DNA from: an archaeon
GTDB taxonomy: Archaea > Asgardarchaeota > Thorarchaeia > Thorarchaeales > Thorarchaeaceae
Length of the DNA stretch: 64,000 bases
Direction of reading: 5' to 3'
NCBI GenBank assembly: GCA_024276825.1
Contig: JAJRWI010000003.1
Coordinates: 1 to 64,000, forward strand
Part shown: piece by piece, positions 28,138 through 37,589 of the stretch
How the letters are laid out: each line of letters begins with the position of its first letter
Numbering within the stretch: position 1 is the first letter of the stretch
The notes under the pieces: generated by a model
Database searches by the model: none
Seen by the model: only the letters and a program-made list of their open reading frames with translations
What the model was told of the DNA's origin: nothing
Translations under genes and position numbers: made by a program

Positions 28138-28587
28138 ATGTGGGACTCTCTAGTCAAAAACGGCTCCCTTGATGTAATCATGAATGATAAGGGTCTAGCC
28201 AAGCTTGGTGATGCCTTTGTCAATCTCTGTTATTCACTGGCCAAGTCCATAGTCATTGGGACTCCGACAGGTGCAAAGGTCAGGGATCGCGTACTGGCAA
28301 ATGCCATTCGTGAGACCTCAATATACAGACATATTGGGCATAGAACGGATGTGGGGTCTGCTGGGGATGCTTATGAGGCAATCATGGCCTATTTGTGGGT
28401 TTCAGGAAAGATAGATCTTGAGGGCACAGTTTCAGTCTTGGCAGGTCTACTAAAACCAGAACTGAACCCGAACACTGGCAGAAAGCAAGAGATCGAGATA
28501 TCTACCAAGGCGTTTCGTGTGTTGTTGGATGAATACATCAGTGACCATCTTGTCAACATGTTCAATGGGACAAGACACAATCCTTAA
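28138..28587 (+). CDS. Archaeal RNase III-fold protein
   Basis: DKGLAKLGD.FVN and GD..EA motifs; conserved neighbourhood. Confidence 0.85.
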   Translation: MWDSLVKNGSLDVIMNDKGLAKLGDAFVNLCYSLAKSIVIGTPTGAKVRDRVLANAIRETSIYRHIGHRTDVGSAGDAYEAIMAYLWVSGKIDLEGTVSVLAGLLKPELNPNTGRKQEIEISTKAFRVLLDEYISDHLVNMFNGTRHNP

Positions 28588-28629
28588 TTGAATTGCAGAT
28601 TAACATGATATTACGCGGTGATTAATGGT

Positions 28630-28959
28630 ATGGAGTTCTGTGATGAATGTGGATCAATGATGTTTCCAACTACTGATGATAGTGGGAAGAAAGTCTTGAA
28701 GTGCAGGAGTTGCGGTAAAACAAAGCCAATCAAGGGAGATCTTAAAGTTTCGCAGAATGTTGAGAAGACCCCACGTGACAAGATAGTCGTGATTGAAGAT
28801 GATAGCATGCCTATGCCAATCACGGCTGCATCGTGTCCCAAGTGTGGGCATAATAAGGCATATTATTGGACCGTTCAGACAAGACGCGGAGATGAGAGTG
28901 CTACAGAATTCTATCGCTGTGTCAAGTGTAAACACACTTGGCGGAACTATGGTGGTTGA
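28630..28959 (+). CDS. tfs: Transcription factor S
   Basis: FCDECGS and CPKCG...QTRRGDE...FYRC..C motifs. Confidence 0.96.
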   Translation: MEFCDECGSMMFPTTDDSGKKVLKCRSCGKTKPIKGDLKVSQNVEKTPRDKIVVIEDDSMPMPITAASCPKCGHNKAYYWTVQTRRGDESATEFYRCVKCKHTWRNYGG

Positions 28960-29044
28960 TTGATAATATGCGGTGAACTTATTATATACAACGTTGAATC
29001 AGAAGAGTGTGCAAGGATTGACTGAAGAGAGAAAGTATCCCCGT

Positions 29045-29389
29045 ATGAAGAGTGCCCCCCTGATGAGGGTGCGCAATTTGACTCCCGAAATCGACGGCCC
29101 AGTGCGCATCATGGGCATAGTTCTGAGTTCCACCACTGGCAGCGCAATGGTACAGGACATATACGATGATATTGAGCATGCCAAGTCGATACTGGTCATT
29201 GTAGAGGGGAAGCTTATTGAGGATGAGAAGTATATTCTGATAGGGAACATTCTAGAACGGGTTTCTGACAGCGGAAAGGAGATAGTATTGGATGCATCCT
29301 TGGCATACAACATGAACAAGCTTGATGTCAAATTGTATAAGGAGGCTCTTGAACTAGAGGAGCAGGTAATAGAGGTCTTGACAAGATAA
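29045..29389 (+). CDS. Single OB-fold protein, RPA3/RPA14-like (possible upstream TTG start at 29018)
   Basis: VRIMG.V OB pattern, C-terminal LD.KLY..ALELE helix; lies before PCNA. Confidence 0.6.
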   Translation: MKSAPLMRVRNLTPEIDGPVRIMGIVLSSTTGSAMVQDIYDDIEHAKSILVIVEGKLIEDEKYILIGNILERVSDSGKEIVLDASLAYNMNKLDVKLYKEALELEEQVIEVLTR

Positions 29390-29402
29390 TGGAGGATTAG
29401 AG

Positions 29403-30155
29403 ATGTTTCATGCTATTTTGGACAGCGGTAAGATATGGAAGCAGATTGTTGATGCTCTAACAACAATCCTGACTGAGGCGCTCTTTGTGATGAAGGAGGA
29501 TGGAATATATCTCAGGCAGGTCGATCCCTTAAACATCGCAATGATTGATATGGTTCTGCCTGCCGAGATCTTCCAAGAGTATAGTTGTAAGGGCACTCAT
29601 GATATCTGCCTTGGTGTTGACGAACTCACAAAGATCAGCAAGAGAATGGCTGTGGATGACAAGATTGAGCTCTCATTGGATGAGGATGACAATCGTTTTG
29701 AGATTAAGATGATAGGTCCTGCAGTACGAAAGTTCAAGCTTCAGATGATTAAGCCCCTTGAAACCCCAAGAAAGCCTCGTGGCATAGAGTTCGATGTGAA
29801 AGCAGAGATGTTTGCTGATGCGTTCAAGCAGGCAATCAAGGACGTCAGTGTGGTTTCGATAAATGTCAAGATCATCGCCCAGAATGACACACTGATCTTC
29901 ACTGGAGAAGGTGACACTGGTGAAGCAGAAGTCGCACTCAAAGTCGGTGAGGACTCCGCACTGTTTGATCTCGACATAAAGACCGACTCATATGCAATCT
30001 ATCCAATGAAGTACCTCTCGGACATAATCAAGGCCGTGTCTGGGGACAGCATATCTCTTCAGTTCAGCACTCATAAGCCAATTCAGATTGGTTTTGGAAT
30101 TGCAGAGATTGGAACAATCAAGTTTCTAGTTGCACCACGAAAAGAACGCAGATAG
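29403..30155 (+). CDS. pcn: PCNA sliding clamp
   Basis: VDP..IAMID, F..Y and FLVAPR motifs. Confidence 0.95.
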   Translation: MFHAILDSGKIWKQIVDALTTILTEALFVMKEDGIYLRQVDPLNIAMIDMVLPAEIFQEYSCKGTHDICLGVDELTKISKRMAVDDKIELSLDEDDNRFEIKMIGPAVRKFKLQMIKPLETPRKPRGIEFDVKAEMFADAFKQAIKDVSVVSINVKIIAQNDTLIFTGEGDTGEAEVALKVGEDSALFDLDIKTDSYAIYPMKYLSDIIKAVSGDSISLQFSTHKPIQIGFGIAEIGTIKFLVAPRKERR

Positions 30156-30216
30156 ACATGAACATCATCACCTTCTGATGTTCTCATCTGCTCTTTCATG
30201 AGAGAGGTCAAACGTA

Positions 30217-31479
30217 ATGGCCAGAGATAAGAGGGATGTTGACTTCCTGCGACTGAAGTTTCAGGAGTATTACATTCAGAGCCATGACTCTGTTATTGCC
30301 CCGAATCGCACTCATATGCGTGAGTTTGCTATTGAGGGTTGGGACACTGGTGACCTCCCAACTTACTGGACCAGACACCTTGGGTTTCGTTCTCCCGAGT
30401 TTCTCATTAATGAGCTGAAGGCACTTGCACCGCCAAGTGTGTATCACTCTGCGGCCTTCTACAAGTATCCTGTTGCACGTGATATGAACGAGAAGAAATG
30501 GCAGGGTGCAGAGCTCGTCTTTGATATTGATGCAGATCATATTGATGCTCCCTGTACAAATGATCATGATGTGTGGAGATGCAACAATCCTGACTGTGGA
30601 ATGACTGGTACTGGACGCCCCCCTGAAGATGAGGGGTGTCCCAGGTGTTCGGGGAGCAGCTTTTCCACCAGAAAGTGGATCTGTGAGAGATGCCTTGGCC
30701 TTGCAAAAGAGAATACTCTAAAGATATATGACATGTTCTTGACGGGTGACTTTGGAATTGACCCTGAAGGCATCACACTAAACTATAGCGGTCATCGAGG
30801 GTTTCACATCCGTGTGGAGTCATCTGACGTCTTTTCTATGGGCGCTGATGCCAGAACCGAGATTGCCCATTATATCACTGGATTTGGACTGGACAGTGAC
30901 AAGTTTGTTTATACTAACCGCCAAGTCACCACAGTCCCACCGAGAGATGCTCCGGGTTGGGCAGGCAAGATTGCAGATGCACTTATTGCATTCATCAGAC
31001 GCATTGAGTCATATTCTGGAAGAGATCGCTGGGTTCAACCACTGAGAGATGCAAAGGTCCCCGCTATTGAGTCATTAATGAAGAGTCCTCCAATGATCAG
31101 CGCTAGAGTGAGGAGTGTTGGTGTAAAGTCATGGCAGGAGATAACAACTAGGGCAGTCCTCGAATATGGGGGAGAGATTGATATTCCAGTCACTCATGAT
31201 ATTCACAGGGTCATCAGGTTGGTTGGCAGCATTAATGGCAAGACGGGCTTTATAGTGACACCACTGACACGAGATCAGATGGACGAGTTTGACCCCTTTG
31301 TTGATGCCATAGCTTTCTCAAAGGGATGCATGAGAGTACATGTAAAGGGCAGCCCTGTAAAGGTGCCTGCCATCAGAATATCAGATGAAACTTTCGGACC
31401 ATTTGAAAATGAAGTGGTCGATCTACCTGTTGGAGTTGCAATATTTCTGCTGTGTAAGGGAGTTGCCACAATTGAGTAA
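30217..31479 (+). CDS. priS: DNA primase catalytic subunit PriS
   Basis: ELVFDIDAD, YSGHRGFH and ID.PVT.D.HR.IR motifs. Confidence 0.96.
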   Translation: MARDKRDVDFLRLKFQEYYIQSHDSVIAPNRTHMREFAIEGWDTGDLPTYWTRHLGFRSPEFLINELKALAPPSVYHSAAFYKYPVARDMNEKKWQGAELVFDIDADHIDAPCTNDHDVWRCNNPDCGMTGTGRPPEDEGCPRCSGSSFSTRKWICERCLGLAKENTLKIYDMFLTGDFGIDPEGITLNYSGHRGFHIRVESSDVFSMGADARTEIAHYITGFGLDSDKFVYTNRQVTTVPPRDAPGWAGKIADALIAFIRRIESYSGRDRWVQPLRDAKVPAIESLMKSPPMISARVRSVGVKSWQEITTRAVLEYGGEIDIPVTHDIHRVIRLVGSINGKTGFIVTPLTRDQMDEFDPFVDAIAFSKGCMRVHVKGSPVKVPAIRISDETFGPFENEVVDLPVGVAIFLLCKGVATIE

Positions 31480-32080
31480 TGGAATGTATGGAGAGATAGA
31501 GGAAACTTGGGCGCGTGAGGTCCGGAATGAGAAACTTCAGGATCTTGAGGATGTGCGCCTCAGCAAGATGATTGTATATCTATCGAAGGTAAGGCTGTCA
31601 TTGGCAGAAGCAAAGGATGATCTGCATGAGAAGCTATTGAATCAAGAGGGTCAGAATCTGGAGTTCATGCTACGTGATCTTCTGATCCTTCGTAGGGACA
31701 AAATCATCAGGACAGCAATGACTCTGACAAAACCCGAGGGTCTGATGACACTACCAGAGGAGGAGTTCTATAATCGACTGATTCGTGCATTCAAAGGACA
31801 TTTTGAGTTTGTCACTGATTCATTGAGAGGAGTTACGCATTCTAGAGCATCCCGTCCTATGGATATCGAGCATGGAGAATATGACGAGTCAGAAGAACTA
31901 GAATATGTGACTGTGCGTTTCATTAAGGGCACTGGAATTCCAGCAGAGGGACTGGATGGCAGGACCTATGGGCCTTATGAGAAAGAGGACTTGGCACGAA
32001 TGCCTGCATCCACAGCACTCGTCTGGATAAACCAGAACATTGCTGTCCGTGTGATAAGTGAAGATACTCTTGAGAAGTGA
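31472..32080 (+). CDS. GINS subunit (Gins51-like)
   Basis: W..E.....LQ.L, R..KI, LT..E and B-domain VRF...G.DG..YGP motifs. Confidence 0.85.
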   Translation: MSNGMYGEIEETWAREVRNEKLQDLEDVRLSKMIVYLSKVRLSLAEAKDDLHEKLLNQEGQNLEFMLRDLLILRRDKIIRTAMTLTKPEGLMTLPEEEFYNRLIRAFKGHFEFVTDSLRGVTHSRASRPMDIEHGEYDESEELEYVTVRFIKGTGIPAEGLDGRTYGPYEKEDLARMPASTALVWINQNIAVRVISEDTLEK

Positions 32081-32376
32081 TGTCATTGACAGATGGGGAA
32101 ATTGAGCAGTCATTAATAGAATTACTAGATATTATTGAGAAACACAGGGAAGCCTTCCAAGATCACTTTGAGAGATTTAGGGTGGCATTGTCGGGCGGTC
32201 TAAGGCTGTTGACAGGCAAGGATGGGACCATGTTATCTGGGCTTCAAGGAAACCCCGAAGATGTGGCAGGATATCTGATACGCACTTCCGAGGAAACATT
32301 CACAAGTGCATTGGAGGGAATAAATCAGGTCAGGAACATGATCATGTCCATTCTCGAGTCTGTCAGAAAACAATAA
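32077..32376 (+). CDS. Hypothetical protein
   Basis: Translationally coupled helical ORF. Confidence 0.65.
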   Translation: MMSLTDGEIEQSLIELLDIIEKHREAFQDHFERFRVALSGGLRLLTGKDGTMLSGLQGNPEDVAGYLIRTSEETFTSALEGINQVRNMIMSILESVRKQ

Positions 32377-32378
32377 GT

Positions 32379-32618
32379 GTGCTTGGCGTTCCATTTTTGG
32401 TCATGAAACGACCACATTTACTCGTTGTACTCTCAGGAATAATATGCTCTGTACTTGCATTGACTGCCATATTTTACCCTGCTCCCAGCCAGACAAATAT
32501 AATAGAGATTATTGGTTATGAGATTGTGGTCTTTATTGGGATTATCCTTCTTCTATGTCTGATAAATGAACGTGGACTTCCTGATGGGTCCAAAGAGGGT
32601 GGCAAAGTATGGCCGTGA
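32379..32618 (+). CDS. Small 2-TM membrane protein
   Basis: Two hydrophobic segments; start uncertain. Confidence 0.55.
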   Translation: MLGVPFLVMKRPHLLVVLSGIICSVLALTAIFYPAPSQTNIIEIIGYEIVVFIGIILLLCLINERGLPDGSKEGGKVWP

Positions 32619-32756
32619 GAAGGCAACTTGGTCGATAAAACTCGCTTTTCACTTTTAATTAACACTTATTTGACACTCTGCAAACTTTTAATATGGGCTC
32701 TCATTTTTGCTGTCGCACTCAGCTGTTAGAAACCTAGCATCAGGTGGCATAATATC

Positions 32757-33299
32757 ATGGCCGAAACGAAAGAGTCTGCTGAACCCCCAACCATTCTGGT
32801 TGACCCTATTGATATGTCCAAACTGGACCAGAGCTTCTGTAATGAAATAAAGAGCATGCCTTATGGTGAGGAACTTGTCGCATGTTTTGCATGTACTACC
32901 TGTACCGCAGCATGTCCTATCGCAAACCAGTGGGACTATAAGCCCCACCAGTTGATCAGAATGATCATTCTTGGAATGCGAGAGGAAGTATTGTCGAGCA
33001 AGGAGATATGGGAGTGCCTGACCTGTTTTCAATGTCAGGAACGATGCCCTCAGAAGGTACGGGTCACTGATATCTTCTTTGACTGTAAGAATCTTGCAGC
33101 GGAAGAGGGCAAGGTCCCCAATTCAATAGTGGCACTTGGCAAGCTGCTCTTAGAAACTGGTCAGTTATATGAGGTCACTGAAGACTGGCAGAGGGAGGAT
33201 CTAGACCTTGAACCAGAAGTACCAGGACTTGCCACCGAACCTCTAAAGGAAATACTGAAGACAACACGGACAGGCAGACTAGTGGGGAGTGATGAGTAG
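32757..33299 (+). CDS. hdrC: Heterodisulfide reductase subunit C-like
   Basis: CFACTTCTAACP and CLTCFQCQERCP motifs. Confidence 0.93.
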   Translation: MAETKESAEPPTILVDPIDMSKLDQSFCNEIKSMPYGEELVACFACTTCTAACPIANQWDYKPHQLIRMIILGMREEVLSSKEIWECLTCFQCQERCPQKVRVTDIFFDCKNLAAEEGKVPNSIVALGKLLLETGQLYEVTEDWQREDLDLEPEVPGLATEPLKEILKTTRTGRLVGSDE

Positions 33300-33301
33300 C
33301 A

Positions 33302-34168
33302 ATGCCAATCTATAATCTTTACATGGGCTGCAGCGTTCCAGCAAATTATCCAAACTATGAGGCTGCAATGTTTAAAGTGGCTGAAACGTTTGACATGACT
33401 CTAGAGTACATGGAGGATGTAGGGTGTTGTGGAAGTCCAAACCTGCGTGCCATTGACTTCTTTGGCTGGCTGTTGGTAAATGCGAGAACTCTTGCAATAG
33501 CGGAGAAGAACGGTCATGATATAGTTACACCCTGCAATGGTTGTTTTGGGTCACTGAAAGATGTGCTGCATCATTTGCAGCATGATGAGGAGGATCTAAA
33601 GAGGGTCAATGCGGAGCTAAAGAAGTCAGGCCTTTCGTTGAAATGTACGATTAAGGTGCGTCATTTTGTTGAGGCCCTATACACCGATATTGGAATAGAA
33701 CAGATCATGTCCAGAATCACAAGACCCCTTGATGGTGTTGGCATAGCAATCCACTATGGTTGTCATGTCCTAAGACCAGCTGACGTGACAGAGTTCAAGC
33801 CCGAGATTCTTGATGAACTTGTACGGGCAACTGGCGCCACCGTGATTGATTACCCCCTGTGGAAGCAGTGCTGCGGTGCCACTGTGCTCCCTGTCAATGA
33901 GGCATTGGCCATCCGTCTTGCACGCGACAAGCTCAAGTCTATGAAGGAACATGGCGCTGAGTTCGTCACAGTCGTGTGTCCCGCCTGTGGAAATCAGCTT
34001 GATCTTCAGCAACTGGGTCTGAAGGACAGTTTTGGTGAGGAATACAACCTCCCAGTTCTGCTCTATCCACAGATTCTTGCACTTGCTCTGGGAATGGATG
34101 AGAGTGAGGTCGGTCTCGAGTTGAACAGAGTCCCAGCAGATCCTATTCTGGACCATCTGAGTGGTTGA
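33302..34168 (+). CDS. hdrB: Heterodisulfide reductase subunit B-like
   Basis: Two CCG domains (GC, CCG, CNGC; HYGCH, CCG, CPAC). Confidence 0.94.
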   Translation: MPIYNLYMGCSVPANYPNYEAAMFKVAETFDMTLEYMEDVGCCGSPNLRAIDFFGWLLVNARTLAIAEKNGHDIVTPCNGCFGSLKDVLHHLQHDEEDLKRVNAELKKSGLSLKCTIKVRHFVEALYTDIGIEQIMSRITRPLDGVGIAIHYGCHVLRPADVTEFKPEILDELVRATGATVIDYPLWKQCCGATVLPVNEALAIRLARDKLKSMKEHGAEFVTVVCPACGNQLDLQQLGLKDSFGEEYNLPVLLYPQILALALGMDESEVGLELNRVPADPILDHLSG

Positions 34169-35429
34169 GGTGAATGATACATTGTCAGGACCTGTACTCA
34201 TTATTGGCGCAGGCGTGGCCGGTATGACAGCAGCCATAGAGCTTGCTGACTCGGACATCAAGACAATTTTGGTGGAGAAAAAGCAGACCATCGGAGGGAA
34301 TGCACTGGAGTTGTACAAGGCGTTCCCAACTGATGATTGCTTCTATTGTTTTGAGGGGAGCAGATTTCGCCCAGGCATCCGAAAGTGTTTCTACAGGAGT
34401 GCTATGCTGGACAACCCAAATATTGACCTTAGGACCAACACCAGAGTAGATGAGATCACTGGCAACCCAGGCAATTTCAAAGTCAAGCTCACTACGGGTC
34501 CAATGTATGTTGATCCCAAGAGATGCATAATGTGCGGTCTATGTCTAAAAAGATCAGGGGCTTTCAGCCTAATATCTCCACAATGTCAACCTCAAGCGGT
34601 GTTCTATGACCCCTCTTTAGCAGAAGAAAGTGTGAAAGAGATTGAGAAGGAATGTCCCACTAAGGCAATTAATCTCAATGCTCAGAGCACCGAAGAACAG
34701 GTTGAAGTTTCGGATATAATTCTTGCAACTGGCTATACTGAGATGCGACCTGTGAATATGGACGAGTATGGATATGGAAAATATCCCAACGTCATTACGC
34801 AACTAGAACTTGCAAGAATGCTTGATCCTAATGGTGAATCAGCAGGTGCTCTAATTCGCCCCTCTGATGGCGCCCCAGTAAAGAGAGTCATGATGGTCCA
34901 GTGTGTTGGCAGCAGGGATGAGAATTACAACCTGTACTGTTCCAAGATATGTTGTGTCTTTGCATTGAAGCATGCCAATATCATTGTGAATGAACGTAAT
35001 GGCATCAAAACTACAGTTGTATATATGGACATCAGGACCTATGACAGACATGAGCGATACTATCGTGAAGCACGAGAGAGTGGTGTGAGATTTGTACGTG
35101 GGCGTGTGCATCTTGTAAGGCCTAATCCTGATGGGAGTCTGGACATTATCGTATACGACTCATTACTTGACAGATACCTGTCATACAATATTGACCTATT
35201 CGTACTATCTACAGCATTAGAGCCATCAGAGGAGGATGAAACACTTCAGAGGACTCTTGGACTGAATACATCCAGTGGATTTGTTGCCCCGTTGGACCTA
35301 GCCAATGACTCGGTCGTTGCAGGGGACCATGTCTATGTGTGTGGTGCTGCCATGGGGCCTGCAGAAGTGCCTGAAAGTGTGACTCAAGCAAGAGCTGTCG
35401 TATCTAAGATTCTTCAAGGGAGGCAGTAA
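34161..35429 (+). CDS. hdrA: HdrA-like protein 1 (FAD domain plus inserted ferredoxin)
   Basis: GAGVAG, TDDCFYC, QCVGSR, CSKICC and YMDIRT motifs. Confidence 0.9.
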   Translation: MVEVNDTLSGPVLIIGAGVAGMTAAIELADSDIKTILVEKKQTIGGNALELYKAFPTDDCFYCFEGSRFRPGIRKCFYRSAMLDNPNIDLRTNTRVDEITGNPGNFKVKLTTGPMYVDPKRCIMCGLCLKRSGAFSLISPQCQPQAVFYDPSLAEESVKEIEKECPTKAINLNAQSTEEQVEVSDIILATGYTEMRPVNMDEYGYGKYPNVITQLELARMLDPNGESAGALIRPSDGAPVKRVMMVQCVGSRDENYNLYCSKICCVFALKHANIIVNERNGIKTTVVYMDIRTYDRHERYYREARESGVRFVRGRVHLVRPNPDGSLDIIVYDSLLDRYLSYNIDLFVLSTALEPSEEDETLQRTLGLNTSSGFVAPLDLANDSVVAGDHVYVCGAAMGPAEVPESVTQARAVVSKILQGRQ

Positions 35430-37589
35430 ATGATGACAGAGAACAAGTCCAAAGTCCTACTATGTACTTGTGGGAAGCAGTTGGGTCTGGACTTTGGTCT
35501 TTTGGAGGACAATGTGGGAAAACTGAAACTTGCCAGCACTATTGTGGTTCATGACACACTCTGTCAGGAGCAAGGGCTGTCTGTGATTGCGGAGAGTCTT
35601 AAGGAGAATAATGGGCGTGTTGTGATTGCAGCATGTACCAACCAGAAGATACAGCCCAAGATTGATGAGTTTCTCAGGAACAGGGGTCTTAATCCAAGCC
35701 AGATTCAGTATGTCAACATTCGAGAACATTGCGCCTGGGTGCATGAGGATGTCAACGAGGCCACCCAGAAGGCTCTTGACATGATACGTGGCACTCTTGC
35801 AAGGTCAGCCCTGTCGTCATCTTATGAAACTGCCAGACGAGAGGTCCCAGCACATGTAACAGTTATCGGTGGAGGTATTGCAGGCATTGAGGCAGCCCTC
35901 AGCCTTCATAAGTTTGGATATGATGTCACTATCTTTGAGATATCTGATGATCTCGGAGGCCATGTTGCCAAGCTGCCAGTTGTCGCACCCACTGGAAAGC
36001 CCGGTAGAGAGATACTGTCTGGACGTCTTAAGGCCTTGGAGAACAGCAGCATTCAGGTGTTGACAAATACTAGGGTCAAGTTCATCGAGGGGGAGATGGG
36101 GAATTTCACAGTTCATTACTCAATTGAAAGTGATGAAGAGCAGACCCTCACAACCTCTGCAGTTGTGATGGCAACAGGATTCAAAGAGTTCAAGCCAACA
36201 ATGATGGATGAGTATAGATATGGTAAGAGCCCTGATGTAATCACCCAGTTCGACCTTTCTCAGATGATCCTCTCGGGCAATCTGAAACGTCCATCTGACG
36301 GGGGGGATGTCAAGGAGGTAGTCATGGTCCAGTGTGTTGGTAGTCGTTCTGAGGACTATAAGCGGGACTGCAGCAAGCTCTGTTGCACATTTGCGATTGA
36401 TAACTCCCTTGAGATTCTAAAACTAGTGCCTGATGCAAAGGTCCGAGTGGTATACATGGACATACGTGTACCCTTTGAAAACGAAATGATATACAAAGAG
36501 TCTCGTGAGAAGGGGGTCGACTATATCCGTGGTCGAGTCAGCATGGTATGGGAGGAGGATGACGGGCTTCATGTGAAGTTCTATGACTCACTGCTGGACC
36601 AGTACTTTGAAACCACCCCTGATTTATTGGTCCTGTCCACCGCGATACTCCCTTCCGACAGTCTTGAGGAACTCTCTGAAACCCTTGGTTATGCTCTAGA
36701 ATCTGATGGTCATATCAAAGAGTTGTATGGAAAACTGAGAAGAACTGAAACCCGAAGACGTGGGGTTGTGGCGGTTGGTGCCGTCACTCACCCCCAGTTT
36801 GTGTTCGAGTCCATCACTGATGCTCAGGCTGGAGCCCTCATAATTCATAACGAGTTGCAGGGAGGCAAGATTGAGAGGGTAGCACGCGGTGCAGTTCTGA
36901 ATGTGGATGATTGTGTAGGGTGTAGCCTTTGTGCTCAGCAATGCCCACGAGGAGTCCCACTCATGATTGAACAGACTGAGGCAGAGGATGAAGAACAGAA
37001 GATATTGTTCAAGGCATCAATCGAAACCCTGAACTGTCATTCATGTGGAGTGTGTCAGAGTCTTTGCCCGACAGGAGCCACTCAGCTTTGCTTTCTGTCC
37101 AATGAACAGTTGTGGGAGCAGATCAAGGCCACTCTAGAAGGTGCGGGGCCAGACTATCCAATCACCTTGTGCTTCTATTGTGAGGAGTGTTCTGTATCTA
37201 CTATGGATATTGCAGGTACTCGACATATGACATACCCTGCAAGCACGAGGTTTATCCCGGTCCCCTGTGCTGGCAGGATATCAATCATTGACATTCTGAA
37301 AGCATTGGAGAATGGGGCCAGCACTGTAATGATTGCAGCATGTGAGAAGGACCGCTGTCATATTGGAGGCACGGGCAATGAGATTGCACAGGTCCAAGTT
37401 AATGTTGCAAGAGAGATATTAAACGCAATTGGCTGGAAGGGTGAACGTGTTGACATGTTCAGAATGTTCAGTGCCGAACCCGAGCGCTTTGTCTATGCTA
37501 TCAAGATCATGACAAAACGTGCCAAGGAGCTTGGACCAACACCTGTCCACCAAGGGACAGCTGGCAAGTGGGTGGAGGTGAGTGAATGA
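35430..37589 (+). CDS. hdrA: HdrA-like protein 2 fused to MvhD
   Basis: CTCG/NIREHCAW N-domain, GGGIAG, CSKLCC, 2x[4Fe-4S], VPCAGR and AAC...CH. Confidence 0.9.
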   Translation: MMTENKSKVLLCTCGKQLGLDFGLLEDNVGKLKLASTIVVHDTLCQEQGLSVIAESLKENNGRVVIAACTNQKIQPKIDEFLRNRGLNPSQIQYVNIREHCAWVHEDVNEATQKALDMIRGTLARSALSSSYETARREVPAHVTVIGGGIAGIEAALSLHKFGYDVTIFEISDDLGGHVAKLPVVAPTGKPGREILSGRLKALENSSIQVLTNTRVKFIEGEMGNFTVHYSIESDEEQTLTTSAVVMATGFKEFKPTMMDEYRYGKSPDVITQFDLSQMILSGNLKRPSDGGDVKEVVMVQCVGSRSEDYKRDCSKLCCTFAIDNSLEILKLVPDAKVRVVYMDIRVPFENEMIYKESREKGVDYIRGRVSMVWEEDDGLHVKFYDSLLDQYFETTPDLLVLSTAILPSDSLEELSETLGYALESDGHIKELYGKLRRTETRRRGVVAVGAVTHPQFVFESITDAQAGALIIHNELQGGKIERVARGAVLNVDDCVGCSLCAQQCPRGVPLMIEQTEAEDEEQKILFKASIETLNCHSCGVCQSLCPTGATQLCFLSNEQLWEQIKATLEGAGPDYPITLCFYCEECSVSTMDIAGTRHMTYPASTRFIPVPCAGRISIIDILKALENGASTVMIAACEKDRCHIGGTGNEIAQVQVNVAREILNAIGWKGERVDMFRMFSAEPERFVYAIKIMTKRAKELGPTPVHQGTAGKWVEVSE

